In this document: one piece after another, positions 10,729 to 20,046 of the stretch
Position numbering within the stretch: the stretch's first letter is position 1
Layout of the letters: every line of letters begins with the position of its first letter
Source of the DNA: Pedobacter sp.
GTDB taxonomy: Bacteria > Bacteroidota > Bacteroidia > Sphingobacteriales > Sphingobacteriaceae
Direction: 5' to 3'
DNA: 64,000 nucleotides
NCBI GenBank assembly: GCA_036676435.1
Contig: JAKFCV010000003.1
Location: 606-64,605 of the forward strand
The notes under the pieces: generated by a model
What the model saw: only the letters and a program-made list of their open reading frames with translations
What the model was told of the DNA's origin: nothing
The model's database searches: none
Program-made: the position numbers and the translations under genes

Positions 10729-12639
10729 TTATAATTTAGCCCGTCTTTTTAGCTCTTCTATCGGCATGGTAAGCATCCGGCCAACGGGATCCTTTCCTTT
10801 ATAAGTGATCACCTTTAATTGTTTTGCATCAATCGGAGCAATAAGCGGTGTTGTATACTTCGGATAAAATCTGTCGGGAAAGCTGTTATCAAAACTGTAA
10901 TAAATATCCAGGCCATCAGCTTCTGTACTTAACTCAATCTTAAGCCTGTTATCCACTGTTTTTGTTGCCTTAAATATGGGGTCGTATACCGCCGGAGAGT
11001 ATTTGGTCTCAGCAAAATCCATCCGCTCAAAATGTTTTTCTACACGGCTGAAAAAATTCGGCCAGTTCTTTTTCTCCTTGGGCGACCATACCGATTCAGA
11101 TATAGCAAAACCCCTTGGCCAGGTCATATACTCGGCCTGACGGATATTATAAACCTGCTCAGTCCATAAATTTGCCTGACCCCCTTTTATATATTTTGGA
11201 TCAACTCCTGCAGGAACAGGTTCGAATTCGTAAGATTTACTTAAACGTAGGGATGCATATACCTTAGGTTCCGAAATCACATCCGACTGCATATAATCCA
11301 GATAGGCGTATGTTGTTGGACTCATCACAACCTCATGCTTGTTATGAGCGGCTTCAATACCATATTTCATTCCGCGCCAGCTCATTACAGCGGTTGTCGG
11401 ACTTACGCCACCTTCCAGGATTTCATCCCATCCCATGAATTTTTTTCCTTTGGATTCTACGATTTTTTCAACCCTGCGGGTAAAGTAACCCTGGACTTCC
11501 TTAATATCCTTCATTCCCTCACGCTGCATCAGGGCTTTTACCTGTTCATTATTTTGCCAATAATTAATAGGCGCCTCATCGCCTCCCAGATGTATGTATT
11601 CAAATGGGAAAAGCCTGGCGATCTGACTGACTACAGTATCCATAAAGGAATAAACACGTTCATTGGCCGGACAAAGAGTATTATCCAAAAGAGCCTTTGG
11701 AGGAGCTCCACCAGACCAGTCCATAATCTTTTCACCGGATCTGACCTTGTAATTTACAGCCTCCGGTGTACAGGATAATTCAGGATAGGAAGCGATCGCG
11801 GCAAGACTATGCCCGGGAACATCAATCTCCGGCAAAATATTAACGAAACGATCCTGTGCATACTTTACCAATTCCTTAATATCATCCTGAGTATAAAAGC
11901 CGCCGTAATCCCGTGGTTCATTTGCACTCGGGGGAATAAAGTCGCCGAATTCACCTATTCTTTTAACATTCCATGCACCAACTTCAGTTAGCTTTGGCAG
12001 GCCTTTTATCTCTATGCGCCAACCTTCATCATCGGTAAGATGCAGATGAAGCAAGTTAAATTTATAGCGCACCATCGCGTCAATATATTGTTTGACTTCA
12101 TCCTTGGTAAAAAAATGACGGGCGACATCAAACATAAGGCCTCTCCATCCTAATTTGGGATAATCGGTAATTTCAACAACCGGGGCACTCCAAATTACAT
12201 TTGCCGTCTGAACTTTATTTTCTATCTCCGCCGGAAATAATTGTATCAGCGTCTGGACTCCATAAAATAATCCTGCAGGCTTATTCGCTCTGATCAGAAT
12301 ACGTGAAGGTGTTACAGATAAATTATACCCCTCGGATCCGAGCTTATCATCAGCTTCAGTATTCAATTGCAACTTGATGACAGGTGTATGGGAACTGCTT
12401 ACCGAAACAACATGGTATCCGGTTGGTACGGACATTCTTTCTCTTAGAAAAGCCACCGTCTCCCTGAGCTCTGGAACATTAGGTGCCTGTATCACTATAT
12501 TTTTGGGCAAGGTGAAATGGCCACTGCCTTTTTGCATATGAACGGGTTGGGGAATAATGGATATATCCTGAGGTTTAGACTGACTGATTGCACTAAATGA
12601 AATCAGGAACAAAAAGATAAACTGAATTGTAACTTTCAT
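10729..12639 (-). CDS. Secreted GH20 beta-N-acetylhexosaminidase
   Basis: Has a signal peptide. RGLMFDVARHF and the HLHLTDDEGWR and GGDE catalytic-region motifs are typical of GH20. Confidence 0.9.
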   Translation of the reverse strand: MKVTIQFIFLFLISFSAISQSKPQDISIIPQPVHMQKGSGHFTLPKNIVIQAPNVPELRETVAFLRERMSVPTGYHVVSVSSSHTPVIKLQLNTEADDKLGSEGYNLSVTPSRILIRANKPAGLFYGVQTLIQLFPAEIENKVQTANVIWSAPVVEITDYPKLGWRGLMFDVARHFFTKDEVKQYIDAMVRYKFNLLHLHLTDDEGWRIEIKGLPKLTEVGAWNVKRIGEFGDFIPPSANEPRDYGGFYTQDDIKELVKYAQDRFVNILPEIDVPGHSLAAIASYPELSCTPEAVNYKVRSGEKIMDWSGGAPPKALLDNTLCPANERVYSFMDTVVSQIARLFPFEYIHLGGDEAPINYWQNNEQVKALMQREGMKDIKEVQGYFTRRVEKIVESKGKKFMGWDEILEGGVSPTTAVMSWRGMKYGIEAAHNKHEVVMSPTTYAYLDYMQSDVISEPKVYASLRLSKSYEFEPVPAGVDPKYIKGGQANLWTEQVYNIRQAEYMTWPRGFAISESVWSPKEKKNWPNFFSRVEKHFERMDFAETKYSPAVYDPIFKATKTVDNRLKIELSTEADGLDIYYSFDNSFPDRFYPKYTTPLIAPIDAKQLKVITYKGKDPVGRMLTMPIEELKRRAKL

Positions 12640-12750
12640 CGATATGGGATAATTTTATGTTGCAATTTATATAAATAAACCTAATATTAAGAAAGCCCAA
12701 ACAGGACTGGAATCATAAATGATTATACACGGAGAAAGGCGGTTGGATAA

Positions 12751-12790
12751 AAAAATAAGCAGCTCCACATTAAAGAAGCTGCTTATTTTT
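12751..12790 (-). terminator. Rho-independent terminator after the PepSY-like lipoprotein gene
   Basis: 14-bp stem AAAAATAAGCAGCT / AGCTGCTTATTTTT, with a T-run on the minus strand. Confidence 0.7.
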
Positions 12791-12806
12791 AAAGGCATTA
12801 AGATTT

Positions 12807-13724
12807 TTATCTGATGGCAAGGGCATGTTGAAATTGACCCATGGCATCAAAGTGTATTGCATACTTCGTCAAATTGGCATCAATGAGAACCAAATAACCT
12901 TTTATCGATCCATTAGCTTTAATCTCGAAAGCCTTTTTAAATATATAATTAGGATAAGTTTTAGTGAGGTAAGAAAGTGCAGCTGAAGGAACTGCGCTGG
13001 CTTCTATTGATATGCTCTTTGCAGGAAAAGCGGGCAATTGGATACGTTTAATAAAGACGCTTGCAGATGTAAATGCAGTAGCATAAAAGTTTACGTTCTT
13101 GCTGATCACAATTATACTCTGATCTTTATTTACAAATGCATGTACTAGGGTGTCGGAAGGATAGGTAGCAGTAAAGTAGGCTTTAACCAATACAGGAAGA
13201 GCACTGATCGCCAGGGTGTCCCGCTGTTTTCCATCTCTGTGATCGAAGTGGCCACCGGCATGCCAGCCGGCACGACCTTTCATATTACGGCCTTCCCTGA
13301 TTTCGAAAACTTTTATAAAATTTCCTGAAGCATCAAACTTCAACGCAACGGGGTTAGCATTAAACTGAATAATAACAGCAAAACTTTCTACAGAAGATGA
13401 TGCCTTATTTGTAATTTGAAATGCCTTTTGAAAAATAAAACCCGGATAATTAGAATTGAGATAGGTTGTAATACCTGAAGGAAGGGCTGTAATTTCAACC
13501 CCGGCTTTTGTATTCCCTTTCTTGCAGGCCTCCATAGCATACAAGCTATCAGAAGATGTAGAGGAACCTGAAATTGCTGAAGTACTGCTGATGGTTATAG
13601 CCTCTAGTTTAGCGAATTCGAATTCTTCGTCCAGGGTAATTGCATCCTTCTGACAGGAGCTAAGCCCAATAAAAGCTATACTCAGTCCAAGTATAGCCCG
13701 TTTAATGTGTCTGTTTGTTTTCAT
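12807..13724 (-). CDS. Lipoprotein with three PepSY-like (beta-lactamase-inhibitor-like) repeats
   Basis: Lipobox GLSSC. Three internal repeats follow the pattern LP..(I/L)..YL...YP......AF.I, each about 70-80 aa. Confidence 0.7.
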   Translation of the reverse strand: MKTNRHIKRAILGLSIAFIGLSSCQKDAITLDEEFEFAKLEAITISSTSAISGSSTSSDSLYAMEACKKGNTKAGVEITALPSGITTYLNSNYPGFIFQKAFQITNKASSSVESFAVIIQFNANPVALKFDASGNFIKVFEIREGRNMKGRAGWHAGGHFDHRDGKQRDTLAISALPVLVKAYFTATYPSDTLVHAFVNKDQSIIVISKNVNFYATAFTSASVFIKRIQLPAFPAKSISIEASAVPSAALSYLTKTYPNYIFKKAFEIKANGSIKGYLVLIDANLTKYAIHFDAMGQFQHALAIR

Positions 13725-13874
13725 CTTTGTAATTTTTAAATGAAATTATTTCAGGAAGATGAAGAATAGATGAATTTTAAGGGTTATTTTAAATTTGAAG
13801 TGCAGCCCTAGTTTAAAAGGTAAAAGTTTGCATTTTCAGAAAGACAAATGTAAAACTGGAGGCTTTTTTTTGTC

Positions 13875-13905
13875 ATAAAAAAAGGGTATTGCACTGGCAA
13901 TACCC
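13875..13905 (-). terminator. Rho-independent terminator after the slyD-like gene
   Basis: Stem GGGTATTGC / GCAATACCC with loop ACTG, followed by a T-run on the minus strand. Confidence 0.75.
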
Positions 13906-13924
13906 TCCTGTTTAAAAAAATATT

Positions 13925-14422
13925 TTAATGAGCTTCATGACCGTCGGCACCATGAGCATGTCCATGTGCTAATTCATCACTAGTAGCTTCTCTCACAGAG
14001 ATGATCCTGCCAATAAAGTGAAGATCCTGTCCAGCCATTGGATGATTTAGATCAACGGTTACTGCTGTTTCTGAAATATCCTTAACTCTTGCTCTGAACT
14101 GATTTCCTTCATTATCCTGCAATGGTAAAATAGAATCAATTTCGGGCTTTTCAAGTTCACCGAACATCTCTAAAGGCAATTCTGCAATCGCGCTTTCATC
14201 CTTGATGCCATAAGCATCTTCGGCTACAAGATGGAAATCATATGAATCACCAGCGGATAGTCCGGCAAGATTCTCTTCAAATTTTGGAAGCATCATTCCA
14301 ACAGCAAACAAAAATACCAGGGGATTTTGATCATCTGCTTTTTCAACAAATACTTCTTCGTCATTTTCTTTGGTGTACAGATCGTACGTTAGCGCAACAA
14401 CGCTGTTTGGTTGAATAGTCAT
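13925..14422 (-). CDS. slyD: FKBP-type peptidyl-prolyl isomerase, SlyD-like, with a His-rich tail
   Basis: FKBP core with an inserted flap region (HPMAGQDLHF) and a C-terminal HGHAHGADGHEAH metal-binding tail, as in SlyD. Confidence 0.8.
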   Translation of the reverse strand: MTIQPNSVVALTYDLYTKENDEEVFVEKADDQNPLVFLFAVGMMLPKFEENLAGLSAGDSYDFHLVAEDAYGIKDESAIAELPLEMFGELEKPEIDSILPLQDNEGNQFRARVKDISETAVTVDLNHPMAGQDLHFIGRIISVREATSDELAHGHAHGADGHEAH

Positions 14423-14462
14423 TTTCTAAATAATAATTAAGTAAAAAGCTGAAAAAGGGGAG

Positions 14463-16496
14463 TTAATCCTGGTTTCCCGGCGCTGTACTTGGGTTATAGA
14501 TTTGTTTAATTGCTTCATTTACCTGCATAACAGGTAAAGTACAGGTTCTGTTCTGGCATACATAAATTTTAGTTTCTGTATCCCATTTATCTTGCAACAA
14601 AGGTAATGTTCCTGTTGTTCCGCCCAAAAGTATTTTATTAGGAATATAAAACTTTTCTAATTCCCCACGTCGTAGGTCTGCGTCAACACCAGTAATTGCG
14701 ATTTCGTAGATACCAAATATATGGTTTAACAATAAAGATGCCCAGTTAGAATAACCGGAACCATACGTTTTAATGTGAGGATGAACATTCCTTAACATCT
14801 GAGCCGACTTTTCCTGGTAAGAAGAATCATCGAACAAATGTCCCAATTTAAATAAGTTGTGAGCCATGGCAGAATTTGAAGATGGGATCACATTATCCAT
14901 TAATTCCTGCTTTCGTGCAATGAGCTTTTCGCCGGCTATAGATGTATAAAAAAACATTCCACTTTCATCATCAAAAAAGTTAAGGATCGTATAATCGCAC
15001 ATTTTTTTTGCAGCCTGAAGCCAGGTTTCTTCCAGGGTAGATTCGTATAAACCGATTAAACCTTCAATTACAAAGGCATAATCATCCAGAAAACCTTCAG
15101 TGGGGTCTGTAACATTGGGTTCATAAACGCGGATTAACCTTCCCTCACGGACTAGTTTGTTCAGAATAAAGTCTGCACTTACCAAAGCCTTATTCAGAAA
15201 GCTTTGATCTCCAAATACCCGATAGGCATCCGTATAAGCTTTTAACATCAGGCCATTCCAAGAAGACAGGATCTTATTATCTAATCCTGGCCGGACGCGT
15301 TTGGCCCGGGCTATAAAAACTTTTTCTTTGCTTACCGATATTCTGCTTTTTAGATCTTCTATTGACAGGCCTAATTTTAAGGCCAGTTCAGCATCTTCAA
15401 ATTTTCTGAAAAATATATTAGTATGCTCCTCCTCCCAGTTACCCTCTTCAGTTACCTGATAATAGATACTAAACATATCTTCCTCATCCCCCAGAATAAT
15501 TCTTAATTCATTTTTAGTAAAGGTGTAGAACTTACCCTCCACTCCTTCGCTATCGGCGTCTAATGCAGAATAAAAACCGCCATCAGGCGATGTCATCTCC
15601 CTCTCAATAAATTGCAGAGTTTCAGTTACAATATTCTTATAGATAGGATCAGGGGTATACTGATATGCTTCTGCATAAAGCGAAACCAGCTGGGCATTGT
15701 CGTAAAGCATTTTTTCAAAATGAGGAACATGCCATCTATCATCCACCGAATATCGGGCAAAGCCCCCTCCTATATGATCATAAATACCCCCAAAGGCCAT
15801 TTTTTGAAGAGTTAACCGGGTAGCGGTGTGAGCGGCATTATCTTTCATTAAATGGGCATAGCGAAGCATAAATTGCCAGTTATTCGGCAAGGGAAATTTA
15901 GGAGCCCGGTTATAACCGCCTTCGGACATATCGAATAACCTTTTCCAGGGATCGAAAACAGCTTTTATTTCATTTAATGTATATTCAATTTCTTCTTTAA
16001 CAAATATCAACTGTTCGCTTTTTTCTATTCCTTCAGTAAGACGAATTGCATATTCCTCAGCCTCGGATGGTTTTTTCTCCCAGAATTCGGCAAGGTTTAA
16101 TAATAGCTTGATCCAATCGTTCTTTCTGAAATAAGTTCCCCCGTAAATAGGGCGCTGGTCTGGCAAGCAAAAACAATTCAAGGGCCATCCACCGCTTCCC
16201 GTCATTAACTGGACCGCATTCATATAAATCTGATCAATATCCGGACGAACCTCCCTGTCGATCTTTATACAAACAAAATATTTATTCATAATTTCTGCAA
16301 CCTCCTTATCTTCAAAGCTCTCATGTTCCATAACATGACACCAATGACAGGCTGAGTACCCTATACTGACCAGAATTAATTTATTCTCCATTCGGGCCCT
16401 ATTTAAAGCCTCCTCCCCCCATGGGTACCAATCCACCGGATTATTTGCATGCTGAAGTAAATATGGAGAGCTTTGATCCTTTAATCTATTTGACAT
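14463..16496 (-). CDS. Thioredoxin-domain protein (DUF255/YyaL family) fused to a six-hairpin glycosidase-like domain
   Basis: N-terminal [13 protein letters not shown]...[11 protein letters not shown] motif typical of DUF255; 677 aa. Confidence 0.9.
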   Translation of the reverse strand: MSNRLKDQSSPYLLQHANNPVDWYPWGEEALNRARMENKLILVSIGYSACHWCHVMEHESFEDKEVAEIMNKYFVCIKIDREVRPDIDQIYMNAVQLMTGSGGWPLNCFCLPDQRPIYGGTYFRKNDWIKLLLNLAEFWEKKPSEAEEYAIRLTEGIEKSEQLIFVKEEIEYTLNEIKAVFDPWKRLFDMSEGGYNRAPKFPLPNNWQFMLRYAHLMKDNAAHTATRLTLQKMAFGGIYDHIGGGFARYSVDDRWHVPHFEKMLYDNAQLVSLYAEAYQYTPDPIYKNIVTETLQFIEREMTSPDGGFYSALDADSEGVEGKFYTFTKNELRIILGDEEDMFSIYYQVTEEGNWEEEHTNIFFRKFEDAELALKLGLSIEDLKSRISVSKEKVFIARAKRVRPGLDNKILSSWNGLMLKAYTDAYRVFGDQSFLNKALVSADFILNKLVREGRLIRVYEPNVTDPTEGFLDDYAFVIEGLIGLYESTLEETWLQAAKKMCDYTILNFFDDESGMFFYTSIAGEKLIARKQELMDNVIPSSNSAMAHNLFKLGHLFDDSSYQEKSAQMLRNVHPHIKTYGSGYSNWASLLLNHIFGIYEIAITGVDADLRRGELEKFYIPNKILLGGTTGTLPLLQDKWDTETKIYVCQNRTCTLPVMQVNEAIKQIYNPSTAPGNQD

Positions 16497-16701
16497 ATGA
16501 GAATTTTAATGCGTAAAATTAACAAAGGCGGCATCAAAAGATGCAGCCTTAAAATATAAAAGTCAGTCGTATATTTCCAGAATATACCCGGTTAATTTTT
16601 TTCTTCCTTTTATTAGCTTTAAAAGTACAAACTCTAAAATTTTGGTATTTGTTTAAAGATAAATTTTTTAAGGACTGAATTTAAAGCCTTAATTTTCACC
16701 G

Positions 16702-17799
16702 ATGAAAATAACACATACTGATATCTACCGTTTCAGCATTCCTATGGAACCTTTTGTTATTGCAACCGGAACCATGGACTATGCTCAGAATGTTTTCATC
16801 CGCGTTCATACGGATTCTGGTCTTTTTGGAGTAGGGGAATGCTCGGCCTTTCCAATGATCGTTGGGGAAACACAGGAAACCTGCCTTGCCATGGCAAAAG
16901 ATTTTGCAAAAATATGGAAAGGCAGGGATCCACTCGATATTATTGCTCGTTTGCAGGATCTTCATAATTATGCAGCTCATAACCCAACTGTAAAAAGCGC
17001 ATTTGATATGGCTTTGTATGATCTTTCGGCCAAAAACGCAGAGCTGCCACTTTATAGATTTTTGGGAGGTGCGAAACGGATCGTAGAAACAGATATGACC
17101 ATAGGAATTGGGACGCCTGAGGAGATGAGTGATCTGGCTCTGAAATATAAATTGCAAGGTGCAACAATCTTGAAAATTAAACTGGGAAAAGCCCCATCAG
17201 AAGATCTAAAGCGAATTCGCCAAATTAGAAAGGCAGTGGGAGAAAGTATGATCATCCGGATAGATGCAAATCAGGGATGGAGTTTCGAAGAAGCAGTAAA
17301 ATGCTTAAATGAGATGCAGAATCTGAATATAGAATTTTGTGAGCAGCCCATGAGGACCTGGTATGACGATCAGCTTACTGAATTGAGGGCCCAAACTTCG
17401 ATCAAAATCATGGCTGATGAGAGTTGTTACAACCATCATGACGCAAGAAAACTTATTAAATCAGACTCGTGTGATTACATCAATATTAAATTCGCCAAAT
17501 CGGGAGGAATTTATGAAGGACTAGAGATACACCAAACAGCAGAACAAGCCGGGATACCTTGTATGATTGGTAGCATGCTTGAGAGTCGTATAGCCTTAAG
17601 CGCTAATTTACATTTCGCATTGGCATGCCAAAATATAAAGTATTTCGATTTAGATACTTGCCTGCTTGGACATTTGGCGGATCCGGTTATTGGTGGGTTA
17701 AGCTACCAGGGTTATTTTTTAGATATTCCCGAAACTCACGGAATTGGCGCAGACGCAGATGCTGTCTTTTTGAAAAACTGCGAAAAATGGCAAATTTAA
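16702..17799 (+). CDS. Dipeptide epimerase (L-Ala-D/L-Glu epimerase-like), enolase superfamily
   Basis: Enolase-superfamily metal-ligand and general-base regions are present (IRIDANQGW, EQP, MADES, KFAKSGG). Confidence 0.85.
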   Translation: MKITHTDIYRFSIPMEPFVIATGTMDYAQNVFIRVHTDSGLFGVGECSAFPMIVGETQETCLAMAKDFAKIWKGRDPLDIIARLQDLHNYAAHNPTVKSAFDMALYDLSAKNAELPLYRFLGGAKRIVETDMTIGIGTPEEMSDLALKYKLQGATILKIKLGKAPSEDLKRIRQIRKAVGESMIIRIDANQGWSFEEAVKCLNEMQNLNIEFCEQPMRTWYDDQLTELRAQTSIKIMADESCYNHHDARKLIKSDSCDYINIKFAKSGGIYEGLEIHQTAEQAGIPCMIGSMLESRIALSANLHFALACQNIKYFDLDTCLLGHLADPVIGGLSYQGYFLDIPETHGIGADADAVFLKNCEKWQI

Positions 17800-17841
17800 T
17801 GACATAGTTATAGGTTGATTGCCTATAACTATGTTATTAAT

Positions 17842-19212
17842 CTATTTACTGAGTTCTGCAAAGTATTTATGAAAGAGGGGAATGGTTTCAATCCCCTTAT
17901 AAAAATTAGCAATATCGAATTTTTCATTTGGAGAATGAAGATTGTCGCTGTCAAGTCCAAAACCCATTAAAACCGTTTTTATTCCGAGTTCTTTCTCAAA
18001 CAAGGCAACGATTGGAATACTACCTCCCCCTCTTGTTGGGATTGGCTCTTTACCAAAAGATTGAAATATTGCTTTTTGGGCGGCTTTATATGCAATACTG
18101 TCTGTTGGAGTGACTACAGGTTCGCCTCCATGATGTGGGCTTACCTTAACTTTAACACTCTTTGGGGCGATCTTTTCAAAATGTTCCTTAAAAAGCCTGG
18201 TAATCTTATCTGATTGCTGATTAGGAACTAAGCGCATGGAGATTTTTGCATAGGCTTTAGAAGGAAGTACTGTTTTAGCTCCTTCACCGATATAGCCGCC
18301 CCAAATTCCATTGACTTCCAGTGTCGGACGGGTACCTGTCCGTTCAACGGTAGTGTAACCCTTTTCACCCCACAACTCATCCACATTTAGGTCCTTTTTA
18401 TACTCAATCTCACTATAAGGAGCCTTATTAAGTTCATTCCTCTCTTCCTGGCTTAATTGGATTACATCATCATAAAATCCTGGTATGGTTATATGGTTGT
18501 TTTCATCATGAAGAGTAGCTATCAACTGAGCGAGTATAGTAGCGGGATTAGCCACAGCACCACCATAAACCCCTGAATGGAGATCCCTGTTAGGACCGAT
18601 TACCTCGACTTCAACATATGAAAGTCCTCGAAGACCGGTCTCCAATGAAGGGGTTTCAAGGCTAATCATTGAGGTATCCGAAATTAGTACAACATCGGCT
18701 TTAAGCCGCTCTTTATTTTGGCCAACAAATATTCCAAGATTATTTGAACCTACTTCCTCCTCACCTTCAATCATGAACTTGATGTTACATGGTAAAGTAT
18801 TAGTCTCCATCATGAGTTCAAAAGCTTTTACATGCATATAAAATTGGCCTTTATCATCGCATGCGCCCCTAGCATAAATCTTACCATCACGAATAGTGGG
18901 TTCAAAAGGGGGAGTCTTCCATAATTCCAAAGGATCTGGAGGTTGAACATCATAATGACCGTAAACTAATACTGTTGGGAGGGATCGATCAATTATCTTT
19001 TCACCATATACAATTGGATAGCCAGCGGTTTTGCAGATTTCAACGTTTTCAGCTCCTGCCAATTTCAACTTTTCAGCTACATATTCAGCTGTTTTCAGAA
19101 CCTCTCCACTATATTTCGGATCCGCGCTAACGGAAGGGAACCGCAAAAGTTCAAACAGTTCGTCCAAGAAGCGCTGCTTATTGTCGTTAATATATTTTCT
19201 GATCTCTTGCAT
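17842..19212 (-). CDS. M20 family dipeptidase
   Basis: HYDVQP, ARGACDDKG and EGEEEVGS motifs of M20 metallopeptidases. The track start at 19230 is a TTG; I trimmed it to the ATG at 19212 (MQEIRKY). Confidence 0.85.
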   Translation of the reverse strand: MQEIRKYINDNKQRFLDELFELLRFPSVSADPKYSGEVLKTAEYVAEKLKLAGAENVEICKTAGYPIVYGEKIIDRSLPTVLVYGHYDVQPPDPLELWKTPPFEPTIRDGKIYARGACDDKGQFYMHVKAFELMMETNTLPCNIKFMIEGEEEVGSNNLGIFVGQNKERLKADVVLISDTSMISLETPSLETGLRGLSYVEVEVIGPNRDLHSGVYGGAVANPATILAQLIATLHDENNHITIPGFYDDVIQLSQEERNELNKAPYSEIEYKKDLNVDELWGEKGYTTVERTGTRPTLEVNGIWGGYIGEGAKTVLPSKAYAKISMRLVPNQQSDKITRLFKEHFEKIAPKSVKVKVSPHHGGEPVVTPTDSIAYKAAQKAIFQSFGKEPIPTRGGGSIPIVALFEKELGIKTVLMGFGLDSDNLHSPNEKFDIANFYKGIETIPLFHKYFAELSK

Positions 19213-19356
19213 ATAATTCTTTTTAAGCAAAGATATAAATCTCTATGCAGGCTACCCTATTAAGTTAAAAAAATCAATAAAAACCTCTGACAGAAAGTAA
19301 ATAACCTCTTTCTGTCTAACCTGTTTGAAATTAACCTTAAACTGGAGAAATCTATA

Positions 19357-19539
19357 TTAATCCCAGCTGGCTAATCGTTTATCACTTTTTACCTCCGAAG
19401 TAGCTTCCCTTTTAAAATCACTAGTTTTAATGGCATCTCCCGATGTGATTTCACCTTCATTAAATGGAATATTTTCTATCAAGGTAAAACCTAAAGAAAT
19501 GGAGCTTGCTACTATTATAGTTATGATTAAATTTTTCAT
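19357..19539 (-). CDS. Small secreted protein of unknown function
   Basis: 60-aa ORF with a hydrophobic N-terminus (MKNLIITIIVASSISLG). No recognisable family, so coding status is uncertain. Confidence 0.35.
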   Translation of the reverse strand: MKNLIITIIVASSISLGFTLIENIPFNEGEITSGDAIKTSDFKREATSEVKSDKRLASWD

Positions 19540-19638
19540 TATAATTCTAATTTTAAGTAAATTTTAAATTTCCTTTACAATCCTATTATTATATTAAATG
19601 CTTATGAATTGATAATTAACCAAGGGTAAATATCAAAT

Positions 19639-19890
19639 TCACGGGCGTTTAGGTTTTGGAAATTCTCGGTCGGCAGGATATCCTGTAGTAGAGGGTGAAT
19701 TTGATTCGGCTCGTAAGGTTGTTGAGTCTGACGATGATAGATCCCATCCCGCGCCACAGCCTCTACATAGAATACCTTTTTGAGGAACTTTTAGTATAAT
19801 AGCTCCGGTTTCTGGCGAAACCATTTCATCCTTTTTACAGCCTGAGAATAGTATTCCCATAACGGCTAGCATTAATAATCCTTGTTTCAT
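19639..19890 (-). CDS. Small lipoprotein of unknown function
   Basis: 83-aa ORF with lipobox LFSGC, a CRGC pair and a Ser/Thr/Pro-rich tail. Confidence 0.4.
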   Translation of the reverse strand: MKQGLLMLAVMGILFSGCKKDEMVSPETGAIILKVPQKGILCRGCGAGWDLSSSDSTTLRAESNSPSTTGYPADREFPKPKRP

Positions 19891-20046
19891 TTTCTTAGGG
19901 TTAATTTAAATTAATTAGGGGTATGAACTATTAAATTTAATATAAAACCTTTAAAGTTAAGTATTTAAAGGTGTTTATTTAATTTAAATTCAAAGTGATA
20001 TATCATTTTAACAAAAATTATTTTAAACTTACAGTAGAATAAAATA

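Noticed and set aside
19289-19316. Hairpin GACAGAAAG-N10-CTTTCTGTC downstream of the small ORF at 19357, considered as a terminator
   Set aside because: On the minus strand the stem is not followed directly by a T-run, and the upstream ORF is itself uncertain. Left uncalled.
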